This document shows, piece by piece, positions 29,411 to 37,751 of a DNA stretch of 41,553 nt. The stretch spans positions 1 to 41,553 of the forward strand of contig CAUJFM010000145.1 of NCBI GenBank assembly GCA_963169595.1, read 5' to 3'. The notes beneath the pieces were generated by a model, which saw nothing but the letters and a program-made list of their open reading frames with translations, made no database searches and was not told the DNA's origin. A program made the translations under genes and the position numbers. The stretch is from Bacteroidota bacterium. GTDB taxonomy: Bacteria; Bacteroidota; Bacteroidia; Flavobacteriales_F; PHOS-HE28. How positions within the stretch are numbered: the stretch's first letter is position 1; the number at the start of each line of letters is the position of its first letter.

Positions 29411-30181
29411 ATGCAGCCGGTGCACATCCCTGTTCCCCATCCACGCCGCCCCTCGCGCATGGCCCTCACCGCCATCCCGCCGGCGCTGGTGGTGCTCGTG
29501 CTGGGCGCCATCCACATCATCAATGGGGCCTTTGAGCTGGACCTGGCCCGCTACGGACTGCTGCCCCGCACGCTGAAGGGGCTCATCGGGGTGCTCACGG
29601 CCCCGCTGTTGCATGGCGACCTGGAGCACCTGCTCAACAACGCCTTTTCGGGCTTCGTCCTGGGATGGGCGCTGCTCTATTTCTATCCGCGCATCGCCGG
29701 CCGCGTGGTGGCCTATGGCTGGTTGGTCACCGGCGTGCTGGTGTGGCTGGTGGGCCGCCCGGATCACCACATCGGGGCCAGCGGCGTGGTCTACACCATG
29801 GCGGCCTTCCTGTTCACCTCGGGCATCATCCGCAACCAGCGCACCTTGATGGCCCTGGCGCTGCTGGTGGTCTTCCTCTATGGCAGCATGGTCTGGGGCA
29901 TGTTCCCGCTTGTGCCGCGCATCAGCTGGGAGAGCCATCTGTTCGGCGCCATCGTGGGCGTGGTGCTCGCCGTGGCCCATCGCCAGGTCCCGCCCGCCGT
30001 GCAGGACCCGGTCATCGTGCTCGATGATCCCGATGACGAGGATGATCCACAGCCCTTGGAGGGCACGGACCCCGGTGATGAGGTGGATGAGCGCCGACTG
30101 AAGTGGGAGCGGGAGCTGCGAAAAGGATCGCCCCGTCGGGAGGACGGGGCGATGACCACAACGTGGGATGACCTCGGTTGA
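29411..30181 (+). CDS. rhomboid-family intramembrane serine protease
   Basis: It has HLLNN, the catalytic GASG (HIGASGVVY) and a later H in WESHLFGAIVG. The C-terminal tail is acidic. The start is the ATG at 29411 (a -7-like ATCTTTGG lies just upstream), and the ATG at 29459 is also possible. Confidence 0.78.
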   Translation: MQPVHIPVPHPRRPSRMALTAIPPALVVLVLGAIHIINGAFELDLARYGLLPRTLKGLIGVLTAPLLHGDLEHLLNNAFSGFVLGWALLYFYPRIAGRVVAYGWLVTGVLVWLVGRPDHHIGASGVVYTMAAFLFTSGIIRNQRTLMALALLVVFLYGSMVWGMFPLVPRISWESHLFGAIVGVVLAVAHRQVPPAVQDPVIVLDDPDDEDDPQPLEGTDPGDEVDERRLKWERELRKGSPRREDGAMTTTWDDLG

Positions 30182-30184
30182 TCC

Positions 30185-30595
30185 TCACTGCGCCTTCAGC
30201 GCGGCGAGCTCTTTCCCGGCGCCCAGCAGCTTCAGCAGACCGCCTTCCATCTTGTAACCGTCCACCTGGCGAAGCAGCCCGGTGATGGCGTTCTCGGTGG
30301 GCTGGATGCCCTCACAGTACTTCTTGGTGCTGCCGATGTCGGAGAAGCTCAGGGCCGTACCCTCCATCTTGTAGCCGCCCATCAAGCGGTTGCAGCCGCC
30401 GAAGCCCTGCAGTTGGTCCCCGGCCAGTTGCAGCCACGGCAGCTCGGTGCCTTCGGGCAGCTTCAGGGCCTCGCCGGCAATGGATTGGAACACCCACTTC
30501 TTGTCCAGGAGGGACGTCATCTCCCCGGCCTTGTTCTTGCACGTGTTGGCGCTCAGGATCATCAGCAGGGAAAGGGCCAGGGCAAGCTTTTTCAT
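30185..30595 (-). CDS. META-domain (HslJ-like) lipoprotein
   Basis: It has the lipobox ILSANTC, and W.F.SI....L......P.L.L......GFGGCNRLMGGY is typical of the META domain. Confidence 0.75.
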   Translation of the reverse strand: MKKLALALSLLMILSANTCKNKAGEMTSLLDKKWVFQSIAGEALKLPEGTELPWLQLAGDQLQGFGGCNRLMGGYKMEGTALSFSDIGSTKKYCEGIQPTENAITGLLRQVDGYKMEGGLLKLLGAGKELAALKAQ

Positions 30596-30641
30596 GGGGT
30601 TGACGGCTTGGTCAGAGCGTACTGTACCGATCGCGTGCCGA

Positions 30642-31763
30642 TCAGTTGTTCAACATCACCGGCATCACCAGCATCAGGATATCCTCGCCCACCTCACCGG
30701 CCTCACCGGGCAGCAGGATGCCGGCGCGGTTCGGCGCGCTCATCTCCAGCATCACGTGCTCGGTGGAGAGGTTGTTGAGCATGTCCATCAGGAAGCGCGA
30801 GTTGAAGCCGATGGTGATCTCCTCGCCCTCGTAGGCGCAGGTCAGCGACTCCTTCGCCTCGTTGGCGTAGTCCAGGTCCTCCGCGCTGATGGTGAGCTGG
30901 CTGCCGTTGATGTGGAGGCGCACCTGGTGCGTGGTCTTGTTGGAGAAGATGCTCACCCGGCGGATCGAGCTCAGGAAGGTCCCGCGGTCGATCGTCAGCT
31001 TGTTCGGGTTGGTCTTCGGGATCACCGCCTCGTAGTTGGGGTACTTCCCGTCGATCAGCCGGCACACCAGCACGGTGTTGTCGAACTTGAAGGCGGCGTT
31101 GTTCTCGTTGAAGTCCACGGTCACTTCCGAGTTGGAGGCGCCCAGGGTGTTCTTCAGCAGGTTCAGCGGCTTCTTGGGCACGATGAAGGAGGCGGCCTTC
31201 GGGGCCTGAATGTCGGTGCGCTTATAGCGGACCAGCTTGTGGGCGTCGGTGGCCACGAAGCGCACATCCTCCTCGGTGAGCTCGAAGAAGATGCCGCTCA
31301 TCACCGGACGCAGGTCGTCGTTGCCGGTGGCGAAGATGGTCTTGTTGATGGCCGTGGCCAGGGTACCGGCGGGCAGGTTGAAGCTGGTGGCGCCCTCCAG
31401 CACGGGGCTCTTCGGGAACTCGGCCCCGTTGAAGCCGGTCATCTTGTACTTGCCCTGCTCGCTGCTGATCTCCACCCCGTGGTGCTTGCCATCGATGGAG
31501 AAGGTGAGGGGCTGCTCGGGAAAGGCCTTCAGCGTGTCCAGCAGCAGGCGGGCCGGGATGGCCACGCTGCCCTTCTCCTTGGCCTCCACGGCCATGGTGG
31601 CGGTGATGGTGGTCTCCAGGTCGCTGGCGGTCACCGTCAGTTGCTTGCCGTCGATCTCGAACAGGAAGTTGTCGAGGATGGGGAGCGTATTGCTGCTGGC
31701 GAGCACGCCCTGGAGCAGCTGGAGCTGTTTGAGCAGGGCGGTGCTGGATACGATGAATTTCAT
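30642..31763 (-). CDS. dnaN: DNA polymerase III subunit beta (sliding clamp)
   Basis: 373-aa ORF with MKFIVSSTALLKQLQ, LPILDNFLFE, the three-domain clamp length and a C-terminal MPVMLN. Confidence 0.95.
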   Translation of the reverse strand: MKFIVSSTALLKQLQLLQGVLASSNTLPILDNFLFEIDGKQLTVTASDLETTITATMAVEAKEKGSVAIPARLLLDTLKAFPEQPLTFSIDGKHHGVEISSEQGKYKMTGFNGAEFPKSPVLEGATSFNLPAGTLATAINKTIFATGNDDLRPVMSGIFFELTEEDVRFVATDAHKLVRYKRTDIQAPKAASFIVPKKPLNLLKNTLGASNSEVTVDFNENNAAFKFDNTVLVCRLIDGKYPNYEAVIPKTNPNKLTIDRGTFLSSIRRVSIFSNKTTHQVRLHINGSQLTISAEDLDYANEAKESLTCAYEGEEITIGFNSRFLMDMLNNLSTEHVMLEMSAPNRAGILLPGEAGEVGEDILMLVMPVMLNN

Positions 31764-31790
31764 CGGATGGGATGCGTGTTTATGGAGCGG

Positions 31791-31798
31791 CGAAGTTA
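31791..31798 (-). promoter_or_regulatory. -7-like element (TAACTTCG) for dnaN
   Basis: On the minus strand it reads GCTAACTTCGCCGC, 27 nt upstream of the dnaN ATG and just downstream of the DnaA-box cluster. Confidence 0.45.
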
Positions 31799-31827
31799 GC
31801 CGGGCCTCCAGCGGCGCATGCCCCTAG

Positions 31828-31867
31828 TTTTCAACACGGAGCCCCCTTTTTCCACAGTCGTGGATAA
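31828..31867. promoter_or_regulatory. cluster of three DnaA-box-like 9-mers upstream of dnaN
   Basis: The boxes are TTTTCAACA (31828-31836, 7/9 to TTATCCACA), TTTTCCACA (31848-31856, 8/9, fits TTWTNCACA) and the inverted CGTGGATAA (31859-31867, 8/9 to TGTGGATAA). Confidence 0.55.
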
Positions 31868-31878
31868 CCCGTCCGGCC

Positions 31879-32889
31879 CTACGGCATCAAGGCCTCCACA
31901 GGCTGCAGGATGCGGTCGGTATACTGCCGCTGCACCACCACCAGCAGGGTGTCCTGGATCAGGGCCCGCATGCGCAGGTTGTCGTGCAGGGGCTTGGGCT
32001 TGCCGAACTCCGGTTCCTCGCCCACATAGGGCATGTACCAGAACTTGGCCGTGGCCGTGGCGCCATTGCGTTCGGTGGTGCGCAGGATGAAGTTCGGGGC
32101 CGTGGCCAGCAACGAGTCGCGTGAGGCGGGCTTCAGGCTGCGCTCGATGTACTCGTAGTTGAACTCCTGGAAGGGGAGGAAGAGGCCCTTCACGAACACC
32201 GTATCCATCGGCAGGGCGCCGCCGTTGCCGTCCAGCAGGCGCACGCGGCCATCCTCCAATTGCTCCGCGCGGTAGCGGTTGTTCCGGCGTTCCGGCTGCT
32301 CCACCTCCAACGCGGCCAGCTGGTACAGGTCCTTGTAGCGGTACACGGGGTTGTCGCGCCAGATGTCCAGCTCCGTGTGGAACCGGGTGTTGAGGATCCC
32401 CGTGAAGCCGGTCATGCCCACCACGAAGGGCACGCTGCTACGGCCTTTCTCGTTCTCCAGCAGCATGTAGGTGCCGAAGTGGTCCTTGGTGGCGTGGCCC
32501 ACGATCCAGGTCTTCGCCGGCTTGCGGCCGCCCTGGTAGATCTCCACTTTCTTGGCGCCCGCGCCCATGAACTTCAGCACGGTGGCCTCGGCGCTCTTGG
32601 GCACCGGCGTGCGCACTTCCACGCGCTTGAAGGTGCGCAGCAGCACGCCCACCTCGTGCTGGCGGGCCATGAAACGCCCGTTCACCGTCCAGCCCTGCGG
32701 GGTGCGGCGCAGGTCGATGCTCCGGCCTTCCTTGTCCGCAATGAAGATGCGGTCCACCCGCGCGGTGTCCTCCACCACGAAGTCGCTCAGCGGACGGGCC
32801 AGGGTGGTGGGGCGGTTGGTGCGGTAAAGCCAGAACGCGGCGGCGCCAAGCAGCAGCAGCACGATCGTCAGGACGAGGCGTCGGTTCAT
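31879..32889 (-). CDS. DUF4340-like protein (GldG-associated)
   Basis: 336-aa ORF with an N-terminal TM anchor (RRLVLTIVLLLLGAAAFW). It lies immediately downstream of gldG, the position DUF4340 proteins usually occupy. The family call is from memory. Confidence 0.55.
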   Translation of the reverse strand: MNRRLVLTIVLLLLGAAAFWLYRTNRPTTLARPLSDFVVEDTARVDRIFIADKEGRSIDLRRTPQGWTVNGRFMARQHEVGVLLRTFKRVEVRTPVPKSAEATVLKFMGAGAKKVEIYQGGRKPAKTWIVGHATKDHFGTYMLLENEKGRSSVPFVVGMTGFTGILNTRFHTELDIWRDNPVYRYKDLYQLAALEVEQPERRNNRYRAEQLEDGRVRLLDGNGGALPMDTVFVKGLFLPFQEFNYEYIERSLKPASRDSLLATAPNFILRTTERNGATATAKFWYMPYVGEEPEFGKPKPLHDNLRMRALIQDTLLVVVQRQYTDRILQPVEALMP

Positions 32890-32892
32890 GGG

Positions 32893-34650
32893 TCAGGATG
32901 CCTTGGGGGCCGCGGCACGGCGCCGGCGGGCCAGGTTGAAGAGGATGCCGAAGCCAATGCTCAACAGCACAGGCACAGCGATGTTCACCAGCTGCCAGCG
33001 GGTGCGCTCGCTGGCGATGCGCTCGGGATCGAGCTGGCGCAGCAGGATGGTACGCGAACGGATGCTGATCAGGCTCCGGTCATCGAGCAGGTAGTTCATC
33101 GCGTTCATCAGCAACTCGCGGTTGCCGTAGATCTTGGCGTTGGCGTAGCGGTCGAAGCCCAGCATGTAGTACATGCCCTTCTGGGCGTCCACGCGGTTGA
33201 TGATCACATCCCCATCGCTGATCACCAACTGCGCGGTGGGCTTGCCCTGCTCGCGGTAGCCCACGTTGGGGTCCTGCGTGAAGTTGGCTGGCAGGCGGTC
33301 GCGGTAGGCGCTGGTGAAGGGGCCCTCCAGCAGCACGGCCACCGGCAGGTGCGGGGTGCTGCGCTTTTCGAAGCCCATGTCCATCTCCACCACGTTGAGG
33401 CTGATCCGCACCGGGTTGCGCTGGGCGTAGGAGCGGGGCGAAGTGGTGAGCAGGATGGTCTTGCGGATGCTGTCCGTGCCGATGGTGTCCAGCGTGCTGG
33501 CGAAGCGCAGGTGCACGGGGTCGATGTTGCTCACGATGGGGTGCTCGGCCTGCGGGATCAGCACCGGCTCGAAGTACCAGGGGAAGCGCTCCAGTTTGCG
33601 CTGGTTGCCGTAGGGTTGCGTGTAGATCTCGATCGGGGCGCAGCTCTGGTCCAGGATGATGTCCTTGTTCACCCGCGCACCGTAGGCGAACAGCAGCTCG
33701 TCGATGCCCAGTTCCAACGGCGTGGCGATGGAGAACTGGTTCTTGCGCAGGCTGTCCAGGTTGGCGTTCATGGCGTCCACCAGCCACAGCACCTTGCCGC
33801 CGTTCATCACGAACTGGTCGATCACGTAGAGGTCGCGCGCCGCCAGCGTGCTGTCGGGCTTCGCCACCACCAGCGCATCGTAGTCGTTCACGCGGTAGTT
33901 CATGCCCTCCACCTTGCGGCTCAGGGCGTCGATGCGCTCGCCGATGGTCACCTCCTCCACGTCGTACAGCTCCTTCCAAGCGTTCACCATGTCCATCACG
34001 CTCATGCCCGAGGCCTCGCGGTGGCCGGTGAGCATGGCGATGCGCGGACGCCGCATGGAGGTGGCCTGGCGGATGGCGCTGGCCAGCTCGTACTCCAGGT
34101 TGTTGATGGAGCGGTTCACGATATCCGCGTCCGGGGTGCGCAACTGCGTCTTCAGCAATTGCACGGGCACGGTGCGGTCGCGGTAGGTCACCAGCGCACC
34201 GGGGAAGACGATCACCTCGCTGTAGCCGGCCTTCTCGCGCAGGCGGATGCTGCTGTAGGTGAGCCCGGCCTTCTGCAGCTGGTCGTAGAACTCGTTGCGG
34301 GTCTTCTGGTCGGTGCTCTCGCTGGGGTCGATGAAGCTGTACTGGATGTTGTCCCCGGCATGCACGCGCAGCTCGTCCAGCAGGTCGCGGGTGGCCTGCG
34401 ACAGGCGTTCCAGGTCGGCGGGCAGGGCACCGGTCAGGTACACCTTCACGTACACGATGTCCTCCAGGCCCTTGGCCAGCTCCTCGGTGGCCGGTCGCAG
34501 GGTGTAGCGCTTCTCGCTCGTGAGGTCCAGGCGCAGGCGGAAGAAGCTGCCGATGAAGAGCACCAGCAGCACGATGCCGATGCCGAGCACCAGCTCGAAG
34601 AGGTCGCCCTTGCGAGGACTGCCGGAGGAGGGTCTCTTGAGCGTGCTCAT
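32893..34650 (-). CDS. gldG: gliding-motility-associated ABC transporter substrate-binding protein GldG
   Basis: 585-aa ORF with N- and C-terminal TM anchors and a large periplasmic domain. It is translationally adjacent to gldF (1-nt gap), in a gldF-gldG-...-dnaN arrangement. Confidence 0.82.
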   Translation of the reverse strand: MSTLKRPSSGSPRKGDLFELVLGIGIVLLVLFIGSFFRLRLDLTSEKRYTLRPATEELAKGLEDIVYVKVYLTGALPADLERLSQATRDLLDELRVHAGDNIQYSFIDPSESTDQKTRNEFYDQLQKAGLTYSSIRLREKAGYSEVIVFPGALVTYRDRTVPVQLLKTQLRTPDADIVNRSINNLEYELASAIRQATSMRRPRIAMLTGHREASGMSVMDMVNAWKELYDVEEVTIGERIDALSRKVEGMNYRVNDYDALVVAKPDSTLAARDLYVIDQFVMNGGKVLWLVDAMNANLDSLRKNQFSIATPLELGIDELLFAYGARVNKDIILDQSCAPIEIYTQPYGNQRKLERFPWYFEPVLIPQAEHPIVSNIDPVHLRFASTLDTIGTDSIRKTILLTTSPRSYAQRNPVRISLNVVEMDMGFEKRSTPHLPVAVLLEGPFTSAYRDRLPANFTQDPNVGYREQGKPTAQLVISDGDVIINRVDAQKGMYYMLGFDRYANAKIYGNRELLMNAMNYLLDDRSLISIRSRTILLRQLDPERIASERTRWQLVNIAVPVLLSIGFGILFNLARRRRAAAPKAS

Positions 34651-34651
34651 C

Positions 34652-35377
34652 TCACCAGGTGCGGCTTTGCAGCGCGGTGCGCGTGAGCAGCAGGAAGATC
34701 ACGATCACCGCCCCGAAGTAGAGCGCATCACGGAGGTCCAGCACCCCCCGGCTCATGCTCTGGTAGTGCGCCTGGATGCCGATGGACTTGATGGGACCTT
34801 CCAGCGCGCCTACGGCCTGGAAGTCGGCGATCAGGTCGAAGCCGAGGTAGAGGAAGAAGCAGGCGAAGACGGCGATCAGGAAGGCCACGATCTGGCTGTC
34901 GGTGAGCGCCGAGGCGAAGATGCCGATGGCCGTGAAGCTCGCCGCCAGGAAGAAGAGCCCGATGTACGAGCCCACGATGCCGCCGGTGTCCAGGTTGCCC
35001 TTGGGCATGGCCAGCTCGCTCAACGACCACCAGTACACCAGGGTGGGCAGCAGGGCCAGCAGCACCAGCAGCACCGCCGCGATGTACTTGGCCAGCACTA
35101 CCTGTAGTTCGGTCAACGGCTTGGTCAGCAGGAACTCGATGGTGCCCGTGCGCCGTTCCTCGCTGAAGCTGCGCATGGCCACCGCCGGCACCAGGAAGAG
35201 GAAAACCCAGGGCGCGATGAAGAAGAGCGGCGCCAGGTCGGCGTAGCCCTTGTCCAGCAGATTGTCCGGGAACACCCACAGGAAAAGGCCTGTGAGCAGC
35301 AGGAAGACCACGATGACGATGTGGCCGATGAGGGACCCGAGGAAGCCCCGCAGCTCTTTGAGGATCAGTGCCGTCAT
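34652..35377 (-). CDS. gldF: gliding-motility-associated ABC transporter permease GldF
   Basis: Trimmed to the ATG at 35377 (MTALILKELRGFLGSLIG). It is an ABC-2 type permease with about 6 TM segments. The -7-like box TATCTTGG lies at 35392-35399. Confidence 0.82.
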   Translation of the reverse strand: MTALILKELRGFLGSLIGHIVIVVFLLLTGLFLWVFPDNLLDKGYADLAPLFFIAPWVFLFLVPAVAMRSFSEERRTGTIEFLLTKPLTELQVVLAKYIAAVLLVLLALLPTLVYWWSLSELAMPKGNLDTGGIVGSYIGLFFLAASFTAIGIFASALTDSQIVAFLIAVFACFFLYLGFDLIADFQAVGALEGPIKSIGIQAHYQSMSRGVLDLRDALYFGAVIVIFLLLTRTALQSRTW

Positions 35378-35391
35378 ACCGGAAAGGGGCG

Positions 35392-35399
35392 CCAAGATA
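35392..35399 (-). promoter_or_regulatory. -7-like element (TATCTTGG) for gldF
   Basis: On the minus strand it reads GATTATCTTGGCGCC, 14 nt upstream of the gldF ATG. Confidence 0.4.
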
Positions 35400-35470
35400 A
35401 TCCGGCGTTCCCGGCCGCACCGAGCCGTTCCTCGATCCGGTGCTTTTGTTCCATGCTGCCAGCCCCCACC

Positions 35471-35542
35471 ACTCGCCACTCGCTACTCGCCACTCGCCAC
35501 TCGCCAACTCGCCACTCGCCAACTCGCTACTCGCCACTCGCC
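35471..35542. repeat. tandem heptanucleotide array, 10 units of ACTCGCY (two units carry an extra A); 44-nt higher-order period
   Basis: The units are ACTCGCC ACTCGCT ACTCGCC ACTCGCC ACTCGCCA ACTCGCC ACTCGCCA ACTCGCT ACTCGCC ACTCGCC. The array lies between the TPR gene stop (35547) and the gldF promoter/start (35377). Confidence 0.95.
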
Positions 35543-35546
35543 ACGC

Positions 35547-36422
35547 TCAGAACTCGATCACCGTCTTCCGGTCCTTCTTCGGCTTCTTCGGGATCTTGTC
35601 GGCGTCGGTGCTGCAGTAGTTGCGCACGATGAACTGCGCGTCCTTGTCGCCGAGCTCACCGCTCACGCGCCAGTCGGTGCACGCCAGGTCCTTGTCGCCC
35701 AGCTGGTAGTGGCAGTCGGCCCGGTAGTAGTGGGCCTCCTTCAGTTCCTCGCCACCATCGGCGATCACCTCGGTGAAGCGCGCAATGGCCTCGGGGTACC
35801 GCTTCAGTTCGAAGAGCAGCACGGCCGCGCTCATCTTGCCGCCAGCGATGGTGGGGTCGATGGCCAGCGCCGCCTCGATGTCGGCCAGGCCCGCGTCCTC
35901 CTTGAACAGTTCGCCCTTCACCACCCCGCGCAGGAACAGGGCGTTGGCGTGCTGCGGCGCGTTCTCCAGCGCCCGGTCCAGGTCGCGCAAGGCCCCATCG
36001 TTGTTGCGGCCCACGTAGTTGGCGCAGGCCCGGTTGTACCACGCATCGGCATCCTTCGGGTCCAGCTTCAGGGCGCGCTCGGCATCGTTGACAGCCTCCT
36101 TCACCCGGCCTTCGCTCACGTACACCGCCGAGCGGCTCACGTACAGGCGGGGGTCGTCCGGGGTGTACTTCTCGGCCTTGGTGTAGTCCACCAGGGCCCC
36201 GTGCAGGTTCTTCTGACGCTGCTTGATGTCGCCCCGCAGCTTGTAGCCCCCGGCGATGGTCTGGTCCGCGGCGATCGCCGAGTCCGCATAGGCCAGGGCG
36301 ATGGTCAGCTCATTGGCCTGATAGGCGGTGCGCGCCTTCGCCAGGTGGGCGGCAGCGGTGCCCTGTGCCTGGGCAAGCAGGGGAAGTGCGGCAAGGAGAA
36401 GGACGACGTGACGCATCAGCAT
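35547..36422 (-). CDS. tetratricopeptide-repeat protein (secreted)
   Basis: It has the signal peptide MLMRHVVLLLAALPLLAQAQ followed by multiple 34-aa TPR units (A.AYADSAIA, AWYNRACANY, ALFLRGV). The start is the ATG at 36422 or 36416. Confidence 0.75.
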   Translation of the reverse strand: MLMRHVVLLLAALPLLAQAQGTAAAHLAKARTAYQANELTIALAYADSAIAADQTIAGGYKLRGDIKQRQKNLHGALVDYTKAEKYTPDDPRLYVSRSAVYVSEGRVKEAVNDAERALKLDPKDADAWYNRACANYVGRNNDGALRDLDRALENAPQHANALFLRGVVKGELFKEDAGLADIEAALAIDPTIAGGKMSAAVLLFELKRYPEAIARFTEVIADGGEELKEAHYYRADCHYQLGDKDLACTDWRVSGELGDKDAQFIVRNYCSTDADKIPKKPKKDRKTVIEF

Positions 36423-36540
36423 GGGACGAAGATCGGTGAAAGCGGCGTTGAGCGCCAGTGGATCCTTCCTCAAGCGAGGACCGTGCCGGACAGGATGGCT
36501 TCCAACCTCGACGGAACCGGGCGATCGATCGCCGGAACGT

Positions 36541-36834
36541 TCACACCAGATGCTCGCGGTCCACGCTCCACGCCTCGGCCGGGGCCTCGAACAAGGCCTT
36601 CACCACGGGCCACACGTCCGCGAAGACCGCGCTGGTCCGGTAGCGCTCCAGGTCGTCCGGGCCGTCCCAATGGCTGTAGGTGAAGAAGATGCGTGGGTCG
36701 TTCACGTCGTGCAGCAGCTCCAGGTGCAGGCAGCCGGGAAAGCTGCGGATGCGTGGCTTCCACCCCTCGAAAAGCTCCTGGAACCGGGCCACCTCCTCGC
36801 GCCGGAAGGTCATTTTCACGATGCGTACGATCAT
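36541..36834 (-). CDS. antibiotic-biosynthesis-monooxygenase (ABM/Dabb-fold) family protein
   Basis: 97-aa ORF. MIVRIVKMTFR...F...........GCLHLELL.D..DP..FFTYSHW fits the ABM ferredoxin-like pattern. Confidence 0.72.
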   Translation of the reverse strand: MIVRIVKMTFRREEVARFQELFEGWKPRIRSFPGCLHLELLHDVNDPRIFFTYSHWDGPDDLERYRTSAVFADVWPVVKALFEAPAEAWSVDREHLV

Positions 36835-36843
36835 CCTGCTGGG

Positions 36844-37650
36844 CTATCGGCGTTCGGCGAACTCCACGCGCACCGGCGAGCCCTCGCGGGCCCCGAAGAG
36901 CCGCGCCGCGCCGCCGCCATGGCCTTCCGCCCCTTTGTTCACGGCGATCTCCAGCAGACCGTTGCTGCCGAAGAAGGCCACCTTCTCACCATCGGGCACC
37001 TCGCCATAGGTGGTGTGCAGTTGCGTGATCTCGTCCTCCTTGCTCGCGAAGCCGATGCGGAACGGACGCCCGTGGCCCACTTCCTCGAACAGCTTCCGGC
37101 GGATGTTCGTCACCAGGTTGCCGTAGCCGTCCACGTGCACCACCTTGCCCCGGATGGCCGAGGCGTCCACCGCCGGTTGGAAGCCGATCAGCTCCCGCAC
37201 ACGCTCCACCCGCCGGCCGATCACATCGGGCGTGCCGCCCCGTGCCAGGTGGCAGGCCACCTTCACGAACACGTTCTTCACGGGGAAACTGCGGTGGTCG
37301 GCGTCCAGCTTCATCGTCAGCTCGAAGGCCTCCTGGGGCTGGCCCTCGAAGAGCAGCGAAAAGAGACCGTTGTCGGCGCCGATGAAGTAGTGGCCCTCGT
37401 GCCGCACCACCAGGTGCGCGGTGCGGCCATCGGCCTCGGGGTTCACGCCCACGATGTGGATGCTGCCCTTGGGGAACTCCGCCCAGGCATTGCCCAGCGT
37501 GAAGGCCGCGCCCGCATTGTCGAAGGGCTTCACCTGGTGGCTGATGTCCACGATCTGCGCGCCGGGGAATTGCGACAGGATGGCACCCTTCACCGCGGCC
37601 ACGTAGTGGTCCTTCAGCCCCATGTCGGTGGTGAGGGTGATGATGGCCAT
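36844..37650 (-). CDS. SAM hydroxide adenosyltransferase family protein (DUF62)
   Basis: MAIITLTTDMGLKDHYVAAVKGAIL, VDISH, VGVNPE, FIGADNGL and VDGYGNLVTNI are canonical DUF62 motifs. Confidence 0.85.
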   Translation of the reverse strand: MAIITLTTDMGLKDHYVAAVKGAILSQFPGAQIVDISHQVKPFDNAGAAFTLGNAWAEFPKGSIHIVGVNPEADGRTAHLVVRHEGHYFIGADNGLFSLLFEGQPQEAFELTMKLDADHRSFPVKNVFVKVACHLARGGTPDVIGRRVERVRELIGFQPAVDASAIRGKVVHVDGYGNLVTNIRRKLFEEVGHGRPFRIGFASKEDEITQLHTTYGEVPDGEKVAFFGSNGLLEIAVNKGAEGHGGGAARLFGAREGSPVRVEFAERR

Positions 37651-37677
37651 GGCAACGGTGGGAGCGCGGGCAAGGGC

Positions 37678-37685
37678 TACCTTCG
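37678..37685 (+). promoter_or_regulatory. -7 promoter element (TACCTTCG) for phoH-purC
   Basis: It has a GGCTACCTTCGGCGC context almost identical to the mazG-like promoter, 66 nt upstream of the TTG at 37752. Confidence 0.45.
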
Positions 37686-37751
37686 GCGCACAAAACTATC
37701 CGTGCCGGAGGGCGCCTTCCGGAGAATGTTTCAACAACCGCGAGTTTTCCA

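Noticed and set aside
32260-34686. An 808-aa plus-strand ORF, with many other long ORFs of the same kind: 23273-25177 minus, 16965-18080 plus, 38423-39709 minus, 5699-6859 minus, 13288-14301 minus, 30390-31799 plus, 9534-10727 plus and 35250-36683 plus.
   Set aside because: These are antisense or off-frame shadows of clearly recognisable genes (gldG, ligA, dnaA, purC and others) in high-GC DNA. Their translations are Ala/Gly/Arg/His/Leu-rich and have no motifs. Accepting them would require complete overlap with well-supported CDS.
35471-35542. A possible CRISPR array or coding repeat (track ORF 34728-35537 reads ASGELASGEWRVASGEW).
   Set aside because: The 7-nt units are contiguous with no spacers, so this is not CRISPR. 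The ORF is an out-of-frame shadow overlapping gldF and is not plausibly coding.
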